Positions 27,185 to 36,685 of a stretch of DNA of 64,000 bases are shown in pieces. The position numbers were made by a program, and so were the translations under genes. The notes under the pieces were generated by a model that was not told where the DNA came from, did no database searches, and saw nothing but the letters and a program-made list of their open reading frames with translations. Source of the stretch: a virus; IMG/VR virus record IMGVR_UViG_3300020048_005080. The stretch is one strand, 5' to 3'. The first letter of the stretch is position 1; the number at the start of each line of letters is the position of its first letter.

Positions 27185-27572
27185 TTCTTATCACCGATCC
27201 CTGTCCGTGCATAACTTGAATAATGTAAGATCCCATATAATAAGCTTCTCCCGTGAACATATTCAGATATTTTTCATCTGTACATTCTTTGCAATATTTC
27301 TTTGCGTATCCTAAAGCTATCCATAGAAGAGATTCTCTAGGTTCATATCCTAAAGAATATTCTCTTCTTACGTATTCATCAGAATCGTATTTTTCTATTA
27401 ACTTCTCAAGATAAGCGTCAATATCGGACTCTGCTAATTTTTTGAATTTTTCGATCCATCTATCTTTACGCTCTTCCTCTCTTTTTATTTTGTTTCCAAA
27501 TTCCTCAATGGATTTCTTACCCTCTTCGGTATCTAAAAATTCTCTCAATTTTTCTACCATGCTTTTACTCAT
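27168..27572 (-). CDS. hypothetical protein
   Basis: 134-aa ORF. Confidence 0.5.
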   Translation of the reverse strand: MSKSMVEKLREFLDTEEGKKSIEEFGNKIKREEERKDRWIEKFKKLAESDIDAYLEKLIEKYDSDEYVRREYSLGYEPRESLLWIALGYAKKYCKECTDEKYLNMFTGEAYYMGSYIIQVMHGQGSVIRIDKML

Positions 27573-28303
27573 AACTCAAATGTTGGTTTTAACCATATGC
27601 CCCTGCTGAAAACTAATTTAGTAAATCCAGGTAATGTATTTTCAACTTCTCTAAAAAGATCTAAAGATGCAACAGTGTCGTGCTTCATCATCTTAAAAAC
27701 TTCCTCTCTAATTCTTTCTGCAGAAACAACCTTCTCAAGCTTTTCTAAAATTTCAGGTTGTGTCATTGCAGAAATAATATCGTAATTTATTAGAAATCCC
27801 TTAGTAACCGCAAATCTTAAGGCTCTTAAAAACCTTAAAGGATCATCCATCATAGTCTGCTCAGCTGGAAGTGGTGTTCTTAATATTTTTCTTTCTAAAT
27901 CTTCTTTACCTCCAAATAGATCTATGATGTTTCCATCATCATCCTCTGCCATAGCATTTAGAGTAAAGTCTCTCCTGATAAGATCATCTTCCAAAGTTCC
28001 AAGAACCAAAATTGGCTGTCTTGTCCCCTGTACATATCCAATCTCTTTTCTTGCCATTACAAAATCTGCAACTAGTCCTTCGTTTTTATGTCCTTTTGGA
28101 AACTTAGCTCTGATAGTAAAACAATCAGGAGTAGACAAGAATATACTAAATGCCTCTTGGGCTAGCCAATTTGTCATTGATTGAAATCCTTCTTCTACTG
28201 TCTGATCTAGATTATCTAGAATAAATGTGAAATCGATATCTTTAGATTCTACGCCTAATAGCTTATCCCTTACACATCCTCCAACTTTAAATATCTGTGG
28301 CAT
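27569..28303 (-). CDS. tRNA nucleotidyltransferase (CCA-adding / poly(A) polymerase head domain, class II), minimal
   Basis: VGGCVRDKLLGVESKDIDFTF matches GGxVRD...DxD, and RRDFTLNAMA is the class II NTase motif. Confidence 0.8.
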   Translation of the reverse strand: MPQIFKVGGCVRDKLLGVESKDIDFTFILDNLDQTVEEGFQSMTNWLAQEAFSIFLSTPDCFTIRAKFPKGHKNEGLVADFVMARKEIGYVQGTRQPILVLGTLEDDLIRRDFTLNAMAEDDDGNIIDLFGGKEDLERKILRTPLPAEQTMMDDPLRFLRALRFAVTKGFLINYDIISAMTQPEILEKLEKVVSAERIREEVFKMMKHDTVASLDLFREVENTLPGFTKLVFSRGIWLKPTFEL

Positions 28304-28309
28304 TTTTTT

Positions 28310-28356
28310 TATTTTTTGTAAAGATAGAAAAAACTAATTAAATTAAAAAATGATTC
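28310..28356 (-). promoter_or_regulatory. promoter cassette
   Basis: On the minus strand: GAATCATTTTTTAATTTAATTAGTTTTTTCTATCTTTAC, about 20 nt before the ATG at 28303. Confidence 0.55.
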
Positions 28357-28382
28357 ATAAAAAAAGGCCCGAAGGCCTTTTA
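28357..28382 (-). terminator. rho-independent terminator (bidirectional hairpin)
   Basis: AAAAAAAGGCCCGAAGGCCTTTT is a perfect GC stem flanked by an A-run and a T-run. Confidence 0.7.
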
Positions 28383-28398
28383 ATTAAATCATTAAAGA

Positions 28399-29064
28399 TT
28401 ATTTAGATTCTTCTCTTTGCTTGTCATCAAAGTTAAGATCTTTTGAAAGTTGTTCCATATCAACATCACTTAAATTCATTGAAGCAAATTTAGAGCTTCT
28501 GTATTTAGACATGTTAGAAGAAACATTTGCAAATACATTCCCTGTTGATTTGTCATTTGATGAATAGTTAATTGAATTGGATCCTCTAATTCCTATAGAT
28601 CCACCAGCTTTAATAGCATCTTGGTTAGCTGCAAGGAATAAGAATTTCCATCCTGCTTCAGTTTGAGTTTCAATCATTTTCATAATTGCTTCTCTTTTAT
28701 AAGTCTTACTTGAGTTTTCTTCCCCGTCTGTGATGATTACAAAAACTACGTCTCTATCAGTATTAAGATCCTCAATAGTTTTACCAATAGCATCAAATAA
28801 TGAAGTACCACCTCTAGGAATGAAATTCTCTCCAAGAATTAATGGTGTTGCATCTTTTACTGGTAATCCTTGGTAATCCATTTCATATCTGTCATCGAAT
28901 TGTACAAGAGTGATAAATGCTTCACCTTCTGAATTTTTTTGCTCGTCTAAGAATTTATTAAATCCTTCAACTGTTGCTTTTCCTATAGAAGCCATAGATC
29001 CTGATCTATCCAAAATTACTACGATCTCTGTTTGTTCTGTGTTTTTAATTTTTTTACTTTCCAT
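28399..29064 (-). CDS. von Willebrand factor A domain protein
   Basis: The MIDAS motif is VVILDRSGSM. GGTSLFDAIG and FVIITDGEENSS are also present. Confidence 0.8.
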   Translation of the reverse strand: MESKKIKNTEQTEIVVILDRSGSMASIGKATVEGFNKFLDEQKNSEGEAFITLVQFDDRYEMDYQGLPVKDATPLILGENFIPRGGTSLFDAIGKTIEDLNTDRDVVFVIITDGEENSSKTYKREAIMKMIETQTEAGWKFLFLAANQDAIKAGGSIGIRGSNSINYSSNDKSTGNVFANVSSNMSKYRSSKFASMNLSDVDMEQLSKDLNFDDKQREESK

Positions 29065-29124
29065 TTTAAATGTGTTTATTATTTTAGTGAATTATTTCAT
29101 TAAGTTTCTTCTAATATATAAGTT

Positions 29125-29400
29125 ATGAATCAAGATTTACCCTTTAACGAAAACTGGATATCAAATAACCAATCTATTAGAATATTTAGTCCTGATCTAG
29201 AAGACGAAGAACTAAAATGGCATTTTGATGAAGAGGACAGAATTGTTATATCCTCCAATGAAACCGATTGGAAATTCCAATTTGATAATGAGTTACCAAT
29301 CTCTATCAAAGAGGAAATTAAAATTCCTAAAGGCGTATGGCATCGGTTAATTAAAGGATCAGGAACTCTTGAACTTTTAATAACACGGCCAGAGCTTTAA
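29125..29400 (+). CDS. hypothetical protein
   Basis: 91-aa ORF. Confidence 0.45.
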   Translation: MNQDLPFNENWISNNQSIRIFSPDLEDEELKWHFDEEDRIVISSNETDWKFQFDNELPISIKEEIKIPKGVWHRLIKGSGTLELLITRPEL

Positions 29401-29538
29401 AAAGAGCATCCCGAAAAAATGTTTTATTACGTAAATCAGTTAAACATAGTCAAACAGCGGAAAGCTAGAACACAGGCAAATGTAAAATAAACTGAGCCTC
29501 CAACTTTTTATTTCAACGAGATGCTCAAAAATTATAGC

Positions 29539-30327
29539 TTAAATAAGCCCTTTAATCTCTGCTAGAATCTCTCTAAATCGAGCTAATTCTTTAATCCCTT
29601 TGTGATAAGCTAGACCTTCCTCTAATAGATCATACGTTTTAACCACCGTACTTCCTTCGTTATCTTTGTTTGCTAGAACTAACACAGTGTCAGCAATAGC
29701 ACAAGATGTTTCAATATCATGTGATACGACAACCAAAGTGTTCATTTCATCTAAGTTTGATACTTTAATAAGAAGTTCAACAACTTTATCTTTCATGATT
29801 GTGTCCAATCCAGAGAATGGTTCGTCCAAAAGAATAAATTTGTTACCTGCAAGAACTTGTTGTAAAATAGACACCCTCTGCTTTTGTCCTCCTGATAAAT
29901 CACAAGGGTATTTACTAAGCTGATCTGTTAATTCAAAATGCTCAGCATATTGTTTGATTGTCTCTATTTTCTCTTTACCCTTCATACTAGTTAAAGCTAA
30001 TGAAAGATTCGTCATAATAGTTCGATGATTAAATAGGTGATAATCCTGTGGTACCACACCCATTTCTCCAGTTTTAACCGGGTGTTGATCTGCTCCAACT
30101 TTAATATCTCCCGAATTGGCTTTGTTGTATCCAGATAGAAGTTTAAATAAAGATGTTTTACCACATCCGCTTCTTCCACATATTGCTACGATTTGCCCTT
30201 GTGTCATACCAGGTCTTGTAACATTATGGATCTGCATATTGATATCTTTTAGTATTGGCTTATCGTCATAAGTGAGACTCACATTATTGACAGATAAGAT
30301 CAATTCTTCTTTTTTGTAGTCAATCAT
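29539..30327 (-). CDS. ABC transporter ATP-binding protein (NitT/TauT-like)
   Basis: Walker A is GRSGCGKTS, the ABC signature is LSGGQKQRV, and Walker B is ILLDEPFSGLD. Confidence 0.85.
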   Translation of the reverse strand: MIDYKKEELILSVNNVSLTYDDKPILKDINMQIHNVTRPGMTQGQIVAICGRSGCGKTSLFKLLSGYNKANSGDIKVGADQHPVKTGEMGVVPQDYHLFNHRTIMTNLSLALTSMKGKEKIETIKQYAEHFELTDQLSKYPCDLSGGQKQRVSILQQVLAGNKFILLDEPFSGLDTIMKDKVVELLIKVSNLDEMNTLVVVSHDIETSCAIADTVLVLANKDNEGSTVVKTYDLLEEGLAYHKGIKELARFREILAEIKGLI

Positions 30328-31136
30328 TTTCTAAGAATTTTATTGATCCATAATTTATTATAACGAGTGGTATCTGTATAAGGGAAGATCCAAACTTTCA
30401 TTAAATCGAATAAGTAATCGAATACGATACCTATAATAAGAATCACAATTAATACACCAAACACATCGTCCATTTTTAAGTACTTATTAGATTTGATCAT
30501 CATAGTACCTAAACCTCCTTCAGACATACAAATCCCTTCCACTGAAGTTATCATCATCCAAGCAATTGCAAAGTTCTGTCTAATAACTTCCAGAACTAAA
30601 TGAAGCTTACCTTTAATAACCACTTCATATAATGTCTTCCATGTGCTGAATTTAAGGGAGTAACAAAGTTCGTATTCTTTCTTAGGTATATCTCCAATGT
30701 AAGCTAAAAGAGATGTAACAAAGTATGGTATAATACCAAATAAAAGCAGTGAGATCTTAATATCGCTTCCATCCTTGATGAGTATAGTAAAGACGAATAA
30801 AAGTCCAGTATACGTCAAGAAACGAAGCTTAGAAACGAATATTGCTATTCCTTTAAAAGCTGGAATTAATGCAAGATAAACTATAGCTAAAGAAATAGTT
30901 ATAGATATCACCATTCCTTTTAGTATTAGTCCTAGTGTTGCGAAGAAGTTATCTAAGAATCCAGGTCCTGTAATAATCTTCCATGATGAATTTAAAATTC
31001 CTGAAGGTTTAGGAAGTAACTCATTTCCGTTTACCTGTGCTATAAATAGAAATATAGCTATTTGAATTATCCCGATGATAAGCATAGTTCTTACACTTAC
31101 GCTCTCTAGGAATCTTGGTGAGAATATTTTCTTCAT
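30324..31136 (-). CDS. ABC transporter permease
   Basis: Six predicted TM helices. It is overlap-coupled to the ATPase. Confidence 0.7.
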   Translation of the reverse strand: MKKIFSPRFLESVSVRTMLIIGIIQIAIFLFIAQVNGNELLPKPSGILNSSWKIITGPGFLDNFFATLGLILKGMVISITISLAIVYLALIPAFKGIAIFVSKLRFLTYTGLLFVFTILIKDGSDIKISLLLFGIIPYFVTSLLAYIGDIPKKEYELCYSLKFSTWKTLYEVVIKGKLHLVLEVIRQNFAIAWMMITSVEGICMSEGGLGTMMIKSNKYLKMDDVFGVLIVILIIGIVFDYLFDLMKVWIFPYTDTTRYNKLWINKILRK

Positions 31137-31151
31137 CTTATTTATATAATA

Positions 31152-31190
31152 AGGGGCTACTCAGTTGAGAATAGCCCCTTTTATTGTTTT
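31152..31190 (-). terminator. intrinsic terminator-like hairpin
   Basis: AGGGGCTA-12 nt loop-TAGCCCCT followed by TTTATTGTTTTT. Confidence 0.5.
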
Positions 31191-31192
31191 TA

Positions 31193-32968
31193 TTATTGTC
31201 CTAAGATTGAAATCTCTACTCTTCGGTTTTGTGCTCTTCCTGCTGCATTTGAATTGCTAGCAATTGGATTTGAAGATCCGTATCCTTTAGATTGTAGACG
31301 TGTAGAAGTCATACCTTTTTGCTTTAAGTAATTAAGTACTGATAAAGCTCTTTGTTCAGATAAAGGAAGGTTGATAGACTCACTACCTACATTATCTGTA
31401 TAACCTCCGATAAGTACTTTAGTACCATCTGCTGTTACTGCGTCTTGAAAAATCTCATCTAATACACTCATAGAAGATGCAGAGATTTGAGCAGATCCTG
31501 TGACGAACTCGATGTGATAAGATTTATTACCAATCTTATTTGTCATCTTAGTGTTCGTATAGTCTGTCAAATTGATCTTACCTTGTAATAGATCTGGGTT
31601 GTTTGCTACAACTGACATTAGGATCGATTTATCAAATGCTTTAGAGTAATCTAAGTATGATGGTAAATCGCTAGAGTAATACTTAGACTGTAATGTACCG
31701 AATGTATTATAGATTGCTCTGTAGATGTCCGTGTTGTCAGTTTTACCTTCTACATAAATACCTAACATATTCGCCATATCACCCAAGTTAAATACCATCG
31801 AACCTCCTAAGTGTGTGTCATCGTCAGTTTTAATACCGTTGTAGTATGTGTACCAATATTGACCATTTTGTTCGTCGTAAATTTTAGCATTCAATCCGCA
31901 AGCAAATCTTTTAGCATCATCGAATGTACGGATTTGATCCCCTGCAATAGCAGTGCATTTAGTGATTTCCTCTGCTGCTGTACGGTGATCGTTTAACCAC
32001 TTACGACATGTGATAGTGATGTTAGGCATAATTGAAGAATATTCTTTAGTAGAGATAATAGTTACTCCGCCACGTCCATTCTTAGCATTAACGTCACCAG
32101 GTGTCCAAGTAGCAACTAAGTCCGCTCTTACTGTAGTGTCACGTCCAATAGTTTTACCGTCTTTCATGATCTTACGTGTTTCTCTATATCCTGAGTTGTA
32201 TTTAACTACAGCATCTAAGAAATCTTTACAGTACATGAAGTTAAGAGCATCAGGATCATATGTTGTTTCGTCTACGTTAACTTTTACACCATTGTCTCCT
32301 GCTAATTTAAGAGCTAAGTCTAAGTCTCCATCCATACGATAACCAACGATTGTTGCTCCTTTTAGATTTTGCTTATTGTTCTTGTATTTGATATCTCCAA
32401 TAACTTGGTCTTCTCCATAAGATTTACCAGTTGTTAAGAAGGCTACCGGCTGATATTCAGGACCTAAATCTTTCACTGCATTTGAAATACCTGTAATATA
32501 AGAAGGAATTCCTGATCCCATAAAGGTGATGAATACACCTGGTGTGTTAGGATTGCTTTTATACTCCTTACAGAATTTAACTAATTCAGCGCAAGATTGA
32601 GCACAGTCGTCTTGACGGATAAGGCTGATATCCAAACCTGAGCGATCAAATAAAGATCCTTTTGTTGTTTGTTTACCTCCATTTGCATAAGCAATACCGT
32701 TTTGTGATTGCCAAGCCATGATGTACCAATTAACTTTAGTACCTCCGTTGTTTGCAGGTTCAGCTGAAGGAAAGTTCAACTTGATAGCTGCTTTTCCAGA
32801 TAATGAAGCTTCGGGAGCGTCTGGAATTGCCACTTGTCCGAATGTTTTTGAGTCTTCTACTTCGTGTGGTCTGTTGTCCCACCATAACACTTTAAGTGCG
32901 AAGATTACTGCTACAGCGAATAGTCCAATAACGACTTTACCGCTTGTTTTTAACTTTACATTTGCCAT
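31193..32968 (-). CDS. periplasmic substrate-binding-like protein fused to a C-terminal OmpA/MotB peptidoglycan-binding domain
   Basis: N-terminal signal anchor and an SBP-like body. The C-terminal OmpA signature is DNVGSESINLPLSEQRALSVLNYL...RRVEISI. Confidence 0.7.
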   Translation of the reverse strand: MANVKLKTSGKVVIGLFAVAVIFALKVLWWDNRPHEVEDSKTFGQVAIPDAPEASLSGKAAIKLNFPSAEPANNGGTKVNWYIMAWQSQNGIAYANGGKQTTKGSLFDRSGLDISLIRQDDCAQSCAELVKFCKEYKSNPNTPGVFITFMGSGIPSYITGISNAVKDLGPEYQPVAFLTTGKSYGEDQVIGDIKYKNNKQNLKGATIVGYRMDGDLDLALKLAGDNGVKVNVDETTYDPDALNFMYCKDFLDAVVKYNSGYRETRKIMKDGKTIGRDTTVRADLVATWTPGDVNAKNGRGGVTIISTKEYSSIMPNITITCRKWLNDHRTAAEEITKCTAIAGDQIRTFDDAKRFACGLNAKIYDEQNGQYWYTYYNGIKTDDDTHLGGSMVFNLGDMANMLGIYVEGKTDNTDIYRAIYNTFGTLQSKYYSSDLPSYLDYSKAFDKSILMSVVANNPDLLQGKINLTDYTNTKMTNKIGNKSYHIEFVTGSAQISASSMSVLDEIFQDAVTADGTKVLIGGYTDNVGSESINLPLSEQRALSVLNYLKQKGMTSTRLQSKGYGSSNPIASNSNAAGRAQNRRVEISILGQ

Positions 32969-33008
32969 TTTGTTTTTCTTTTTAAATTAATACTGATTTT
33001 TACTGATT

Positions 33009-34001
33009 TTACTTTAACAGATTGTCATACGAATCTGAACTAGCTTTTGGAGTAGGCATTACTACCTCCGGCTTAGCATTTTCACCTTCATTGTTGTAAA
33101 TGAATAATTCTGGTTTATATTCTTCTAGCATTCTTAGACCCTCAATTTGATAAGAAGCATTTTCTAAATCGATTGATTTCATAAAGTCTGAAGAGTAGCT
33201 TATTGCTTTTTTCATTGAAGCAAGTTTACCTGCGATGTCATCTTTAAGGTAATCCATGCTTTGTTCTACCATTAAACGTTTTTCTACGTCCCCATTAAAG
33301 ATAGACATTGCTGATTTAAGAGCGTTGTTACCTTTGGTTACTGAATGATAAAGATCCTTTTTTAACTCAAGATCATTCTTCATATCATCTAGCATGAATT
33401 TTGAATTTTTATGGACCTGAGTAAGGTATGCTCCTATTTTATCGAGATTGTCACGGATAGGGGTTAATTGTTGGATATAACCTTCCAATCTAGATACCTG
33501 TCGTGTAGCTGTAGCAAGTTCCATTCCCATGTTATTTGCTTTTGCTGCTGCAGCGATATCGAGTTGTTTTCTTTTCTCTTTTTCCTTCTCTTTAATCTTA
33601 GAGTCAATACCTTCTTTTTGACCATCAACCTCTACTGATTTATTATAGAGATTTTCTCTCTCTTTCTCAATATCTTTGATGTAATCTTCTGCTATAATAA
33701 ATGGATCTAATTCGATTACGATTCCTACCAATTTTTTAAGAAGGATCTCGTAAAGATAAAATAGACTCATCCATAATTTACGATTTGAAAGAATCATATA
33801 AAGAATGAAAGCTACTGCACATGCAATACCAAAATTGATGGTATTCCAAACGATAGTTGTAAGAAGCGGAACTACATAATATCCTATTGCTCCTAAAATA
33901 CCCAATCCTAAGATTGATCCTATTTTACCTCCCGGACGATTCCAGTAGGATTTAATTTTATTTTCCTTGGAGTCACCAGAGGGAAAGACCTGTGTATTCA
34001 T
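33009..34001 (-). CDS. membrane protein with coiled-coil domain
   Basis: Two TM helices followed by a long coiled coil. Confidence 0.5.
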   Translation of the reverse strand: MNTQVFPSGDSKENKIKSYWNRPGGKIGSILGLGILGAIGYYVVPLLTTIVWNTINFGIACAVAFILYMILSNRKLWMSLFYLYEILLKKLVGIVIELDPFIIAEDYIKDIEKERENLYNKSVEVDGQKEGIDSKIKEKEKEKRKQLDIAAAAKANNMGMELATATRQVSRLEGYIQQLTPIRDNLDKIGAYLTQVHKNSKFMLDDMKNDLELKKDLYHSVTKGNNALKSAMSIFNGDVEKRLMVEQSMDYLKDDIAGKLASMKKAISYSSDFMKSIDLENASYQIEGLRMLEEYKPELFIYNNEGENAKPEVVMPTPKASSDSYDNLLK

Positions 34002-34012
34002 ACTGATTTGTT

Positions 34013-34678
34013 TTATTTGATTAGATTATTGATTTTTTGTAGATCTGATGCGATCATAGATTTTCTAGATTCACATGCTGCTTTGTAAGTCAAAGACTTT
34101 TGGTTTGCTTTATTTTCTTGCTCAGATGCTTCAGCTTCAAGTTTAGCAATACCAACAGTTTCGTTTGCAATTTCTTGTTGAAGATTTTTAATCATATCTT
34201 CACGTTCCATTATAGATTTCCTTTTCTGTTCTGCTTCTGATCTTTTGTTTTGCACATCGGAAAGAATTTTTTGATCAATTGCACTATTGAATTTGTTAGC
34301 GTCCTCATCAATAATAGCAATATAATGATTTGCAGACTCAAGCAATTTTTCTTTGGTTAGACCTTGTACCTGTAGACCTCCAAATGCTGCAGTGAATTTC
34401 ATATCCTCTGGTAATGTGCTCATTGCCTGACACATTTTGGAAAATTCAAAGTAATCAGGACCAGGAAGATTTGCCTTATCAAATAGCTCATCGAAGTGCT
34501 GATTGAATTTTTGTAGGTCATCCGTAGAAACAGAAACTGTTCCCTGATATGATGTTGTGCGTGCTTCCATTGGTATTGGAGGCACTGTTGTATTTGTCTG
34601 GGTAAGAACTGGCGGAGTATTTTTTTGATCTCCTTTTGGTTCCTCTTCCCTTTCAATAAAATAATCTATTAATCCCAT
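34013..34678 (-). CDS. coiled-coil protein (start chosen at MGLIDYF)
   Basis: The promoter cassette at 34700-34750 lies inside the longer ORF from the track (34013..34753), so the internal ATG at 34678 is preferred. Confidence 0.45.
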   Translation of the reverse strand: MGLIDYFIEREEEPKGDQKNTPPVLTQTNTTVPPIPMEARTTSYQGTVSVSTDDLQKFNQHFDELFDKANLPGPDYFEFSKMCQAMSTLPEDMKFTAAFGGLQVQGLTKEKLLESANHYIAIIDEDANKFNSAIDQKILSDVQNKRSEAEQKRKSIMEREDMIKNLQQEIANETVGIAKLEAEASEQENKANQKSLTYKAACESRKSMIASDLQKINNLIK

Positions 34679-34699
34679 TTCTATTTTAGTTTGGTTTTT

Positions 34700-34752
34700 A
34701 ATTATGGTGTAAAGATAGAAACTTCCATTTGATAAAAAAAACGTTTCCTTCA
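34700..34752 (-). promoter_or_regulatory. promoter cassette
   Basis: On the minus strand: GAAACGTTTTTTTTATCAAATGGAAGTTTCTATCTTTAC. Confidence 0.5.
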
Positions 34753-34823
34753 TTTTTTACTGAAATTTACTGAAAAAATTTCAATACCCCTTATATTATT
34801 AAAAAACACGCACGCGTATGACC

Positions 34824-34861
34824 ACAAAAAAAGCCAGAAAAACTGGCTTTTAATTTTTTTT
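34824..34861 (-). terminator. rho-independent terminator
   Basis: AAGCCAGAAAAACTGGCTT hairpin flanked by an A-run and TTAATTTTTTTT. Confidence 0.65.
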
Positions 34862-34870
34862 GTATGTAAA

Positions 34871-36031
34871 TTATTTTACTACATCCAAAGCTATTTGAGC
34901 GGATCCTTTTTTTAATATACTTGGTTCAGCTGTTATAAATTTGAATTCGAAAGCTTGATCAGGATCTAATTGATTTCCTTTTTTAGCTTTATTAATATAG
35001 ACTTTATCTCCGGGGTTTAGTGTAACTGCTTTAGGAAAAGACGATAATTTTCTGTAAACTGGAATGGTGGGATTTCCCCCCATATATCTCTCAAACTTAT
35101 CCATCGGATATCCTTTAAATATTACTGGTGTTTCTTTAAGTAAATCGGTTTTATTCTCTTTGTCACCTAAATAATTCAAATACATTTGCTCTGTATTTAA
35201 TGGATCGTCAGCAACCTCATAAATATTCTTTTTTCCTGTTTCCGGATTAACAATAGAAATAGTAAGACCTTTAGATATCTGAATTCTTTTGTAATCCACA
35301 TTTGCATAATTTATCTCCTTCTTTTTCATCTCACCTTTTAGTGCAGGTCCTAATTTCCATTCTTTCTCTTCTACCTGGGCTTTTAATTTATTAACAATAA
35401 ATAATTCTAAATCCTCGGTAAGATCCACTATTAATTCAAAATTTTGTCCATAAGGATATCCATATGCTGAATTATTATAGAAAGCAAATGGCTTAAGATT
35501 GCTTACTCTTTCAGAGTCTTTATACATATCATCTTTCCCTTTCTCATCAGATAGATAATATTTAATAGTAACTCCCACTATATTAGATTTAACTAGTCCC
35601 CAAACTTTATCTCCTTCTCTATAAAATCCAGGCTTATCTGGTCCTTTTCCTCCTTTGAAAATAGGATAAAGCTTAGTATCATCCTTATAGAAACATATTC
35701 TTCCAAGATCTAGCATCTGTGCTTCCTTATCATTATCAGGAATCCAAGCTGCTAAGTTTTTACTATTAGTTAGAATATTTAAAGCTTTACTAATGTATTT
35801 ATTTACGGAAGTATTATCCATCTTTAATAATCTAATACCATCATAGAGAGATATTTTATTATTTTTTGAATCTAAAAATCCTGTCAATTCAAATCCGAAT
35901 CGATAATCATTATCATAGGGTACAATTCTTGATTGCAGATCTTGTAAAGATGTGCGTTCTATCCAATGTGCGTCGTATTTTATTTCGTCTAATCTAGAGA
36001 AATATGATTCAAATAATAATAAATGTTCCAT
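34871..36031 (-). CDS. hypothetical protein (N-terminal MEHLLLFESYF tag)
   Basis: 386-aa ORF. Confidence 0.55.
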   Translation of the reverse strand: MEHLLLFESYFSRLDEIKYDAHWIERTSLQDLQSRIVPYDNDYRFGFELTGFLDSKNNKISLYDGIRLLKMDNTSVNKYISKALNILTNSKNLAAWIPDNDKEAQMLDLGRICFYKDDTKLYPIFKGGKGPDKPGFYREGDKVWGLVKSNIVGVTIKYYLSDEKGKDDMYKDSERVSNLKPFAFYNNSAYGYPYGQNFELIVDLTEDLELFIVNKLKAQVEEKEWKLGPALKGEMKKKEINYANVDYKRIQISKGLTISIVNPETGKKNIYEVADDPLNTEQMYLNYLGDKENKTDLLKETPVIFKGYPMDKFERYMGGNPTIPVYRKLSSFPKAVTLNPGDKVYINKAKKGNQLDPDQAFEFKFITAEPSILKKGSAQIALDVVK

Positions 36032-36034
36032 GTG

Positions 36035-36685
36035 TTATATATCTGTTGATTCAATAAGTGTATAAGAGAATTTATTTCCGTGAATTTTTGCTGCTTTTTT
36101 ACAAATCGCTAGAAAAGCATCAAAATCTTTTACTCTTTTAAATACCTGACATCCTTCGCTCCAGTTTTCTACCCATGTAGAATCCGTACCTGCTTTATGA
36201 ATATTAATACCGAACATACCTGTGTCAGTTACTTTCTCTTCAAAAAGTAAATCTTTGTTAGCATCTCGCCAAACTGTAACATTACCGTTTCTTTGGCAAA
36301 GAGCTTCATATTTACCTTGATGTTTATCGATAGACCATACTCCTCTGTATTGTCCAGGAACTAATCTTGCAACACCTTTATTGTTATGAAATTCCATAAC
36401 TCCTTTTTTACCTGGGTCACATGTAGCATTCCAAGCATAATATTGCCAATTTTTACTTTCATCTTTAAATGAAATAGTTAGCGTGTCATCAAAAACGTTA
36501 GTAACTTTATCTGCTATTGACGGAGCGTTATTTCTAACGCCAACAATATTAACATCATAAGTTTTGTTTGATGTGTCTTCAAACCAAGCATAGCCTTTTG
36601 CTTTAACTGCTTTTTCTATCTGTTCTCTTGTATAACTCATTTTTTTGTTTTTATTTTGTAATTTTTTTATATTAATCAAAACCAA
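36035..36685 (-). CDS. L,D-transpeptidase (YkuD)-like cell-wall enzyme
   Basis: GINIHKAGTDSTWVENWSEGCQVFKR resembles the YkuD catalytic motif IHG...SHGC(I/V)R. I consider this tentative. Confidence 0.4.
   Translation of the reverse strand: MVLINIKKLQNKNKKMSYTREQIEKAVKAKGYAWFEDTSNKTYDVNIVGVRNNAPSIADKVTNVFDDTLTISFKDESKNWQYYAWNATCDPGKKGVMEFHNNKGVARLVPGQYRGVWSIDKHQGKYEALCQRNGNVTVWRDANKDLLFEEKVTDTGMFGINIHKAGTDSTWVENWSEGCQVFKRVKDFDAFLAICKKAAKIHGNKFSYTLIESTDI

Noticed and set aside
32969-33008. Tandem tactgatttt x2 as a regulatory repeat.
   Set aside because: Only two copies in a 40-nt spacer. It partially resembles the AAAATCA promoter box but lacks the downstream -7 element.
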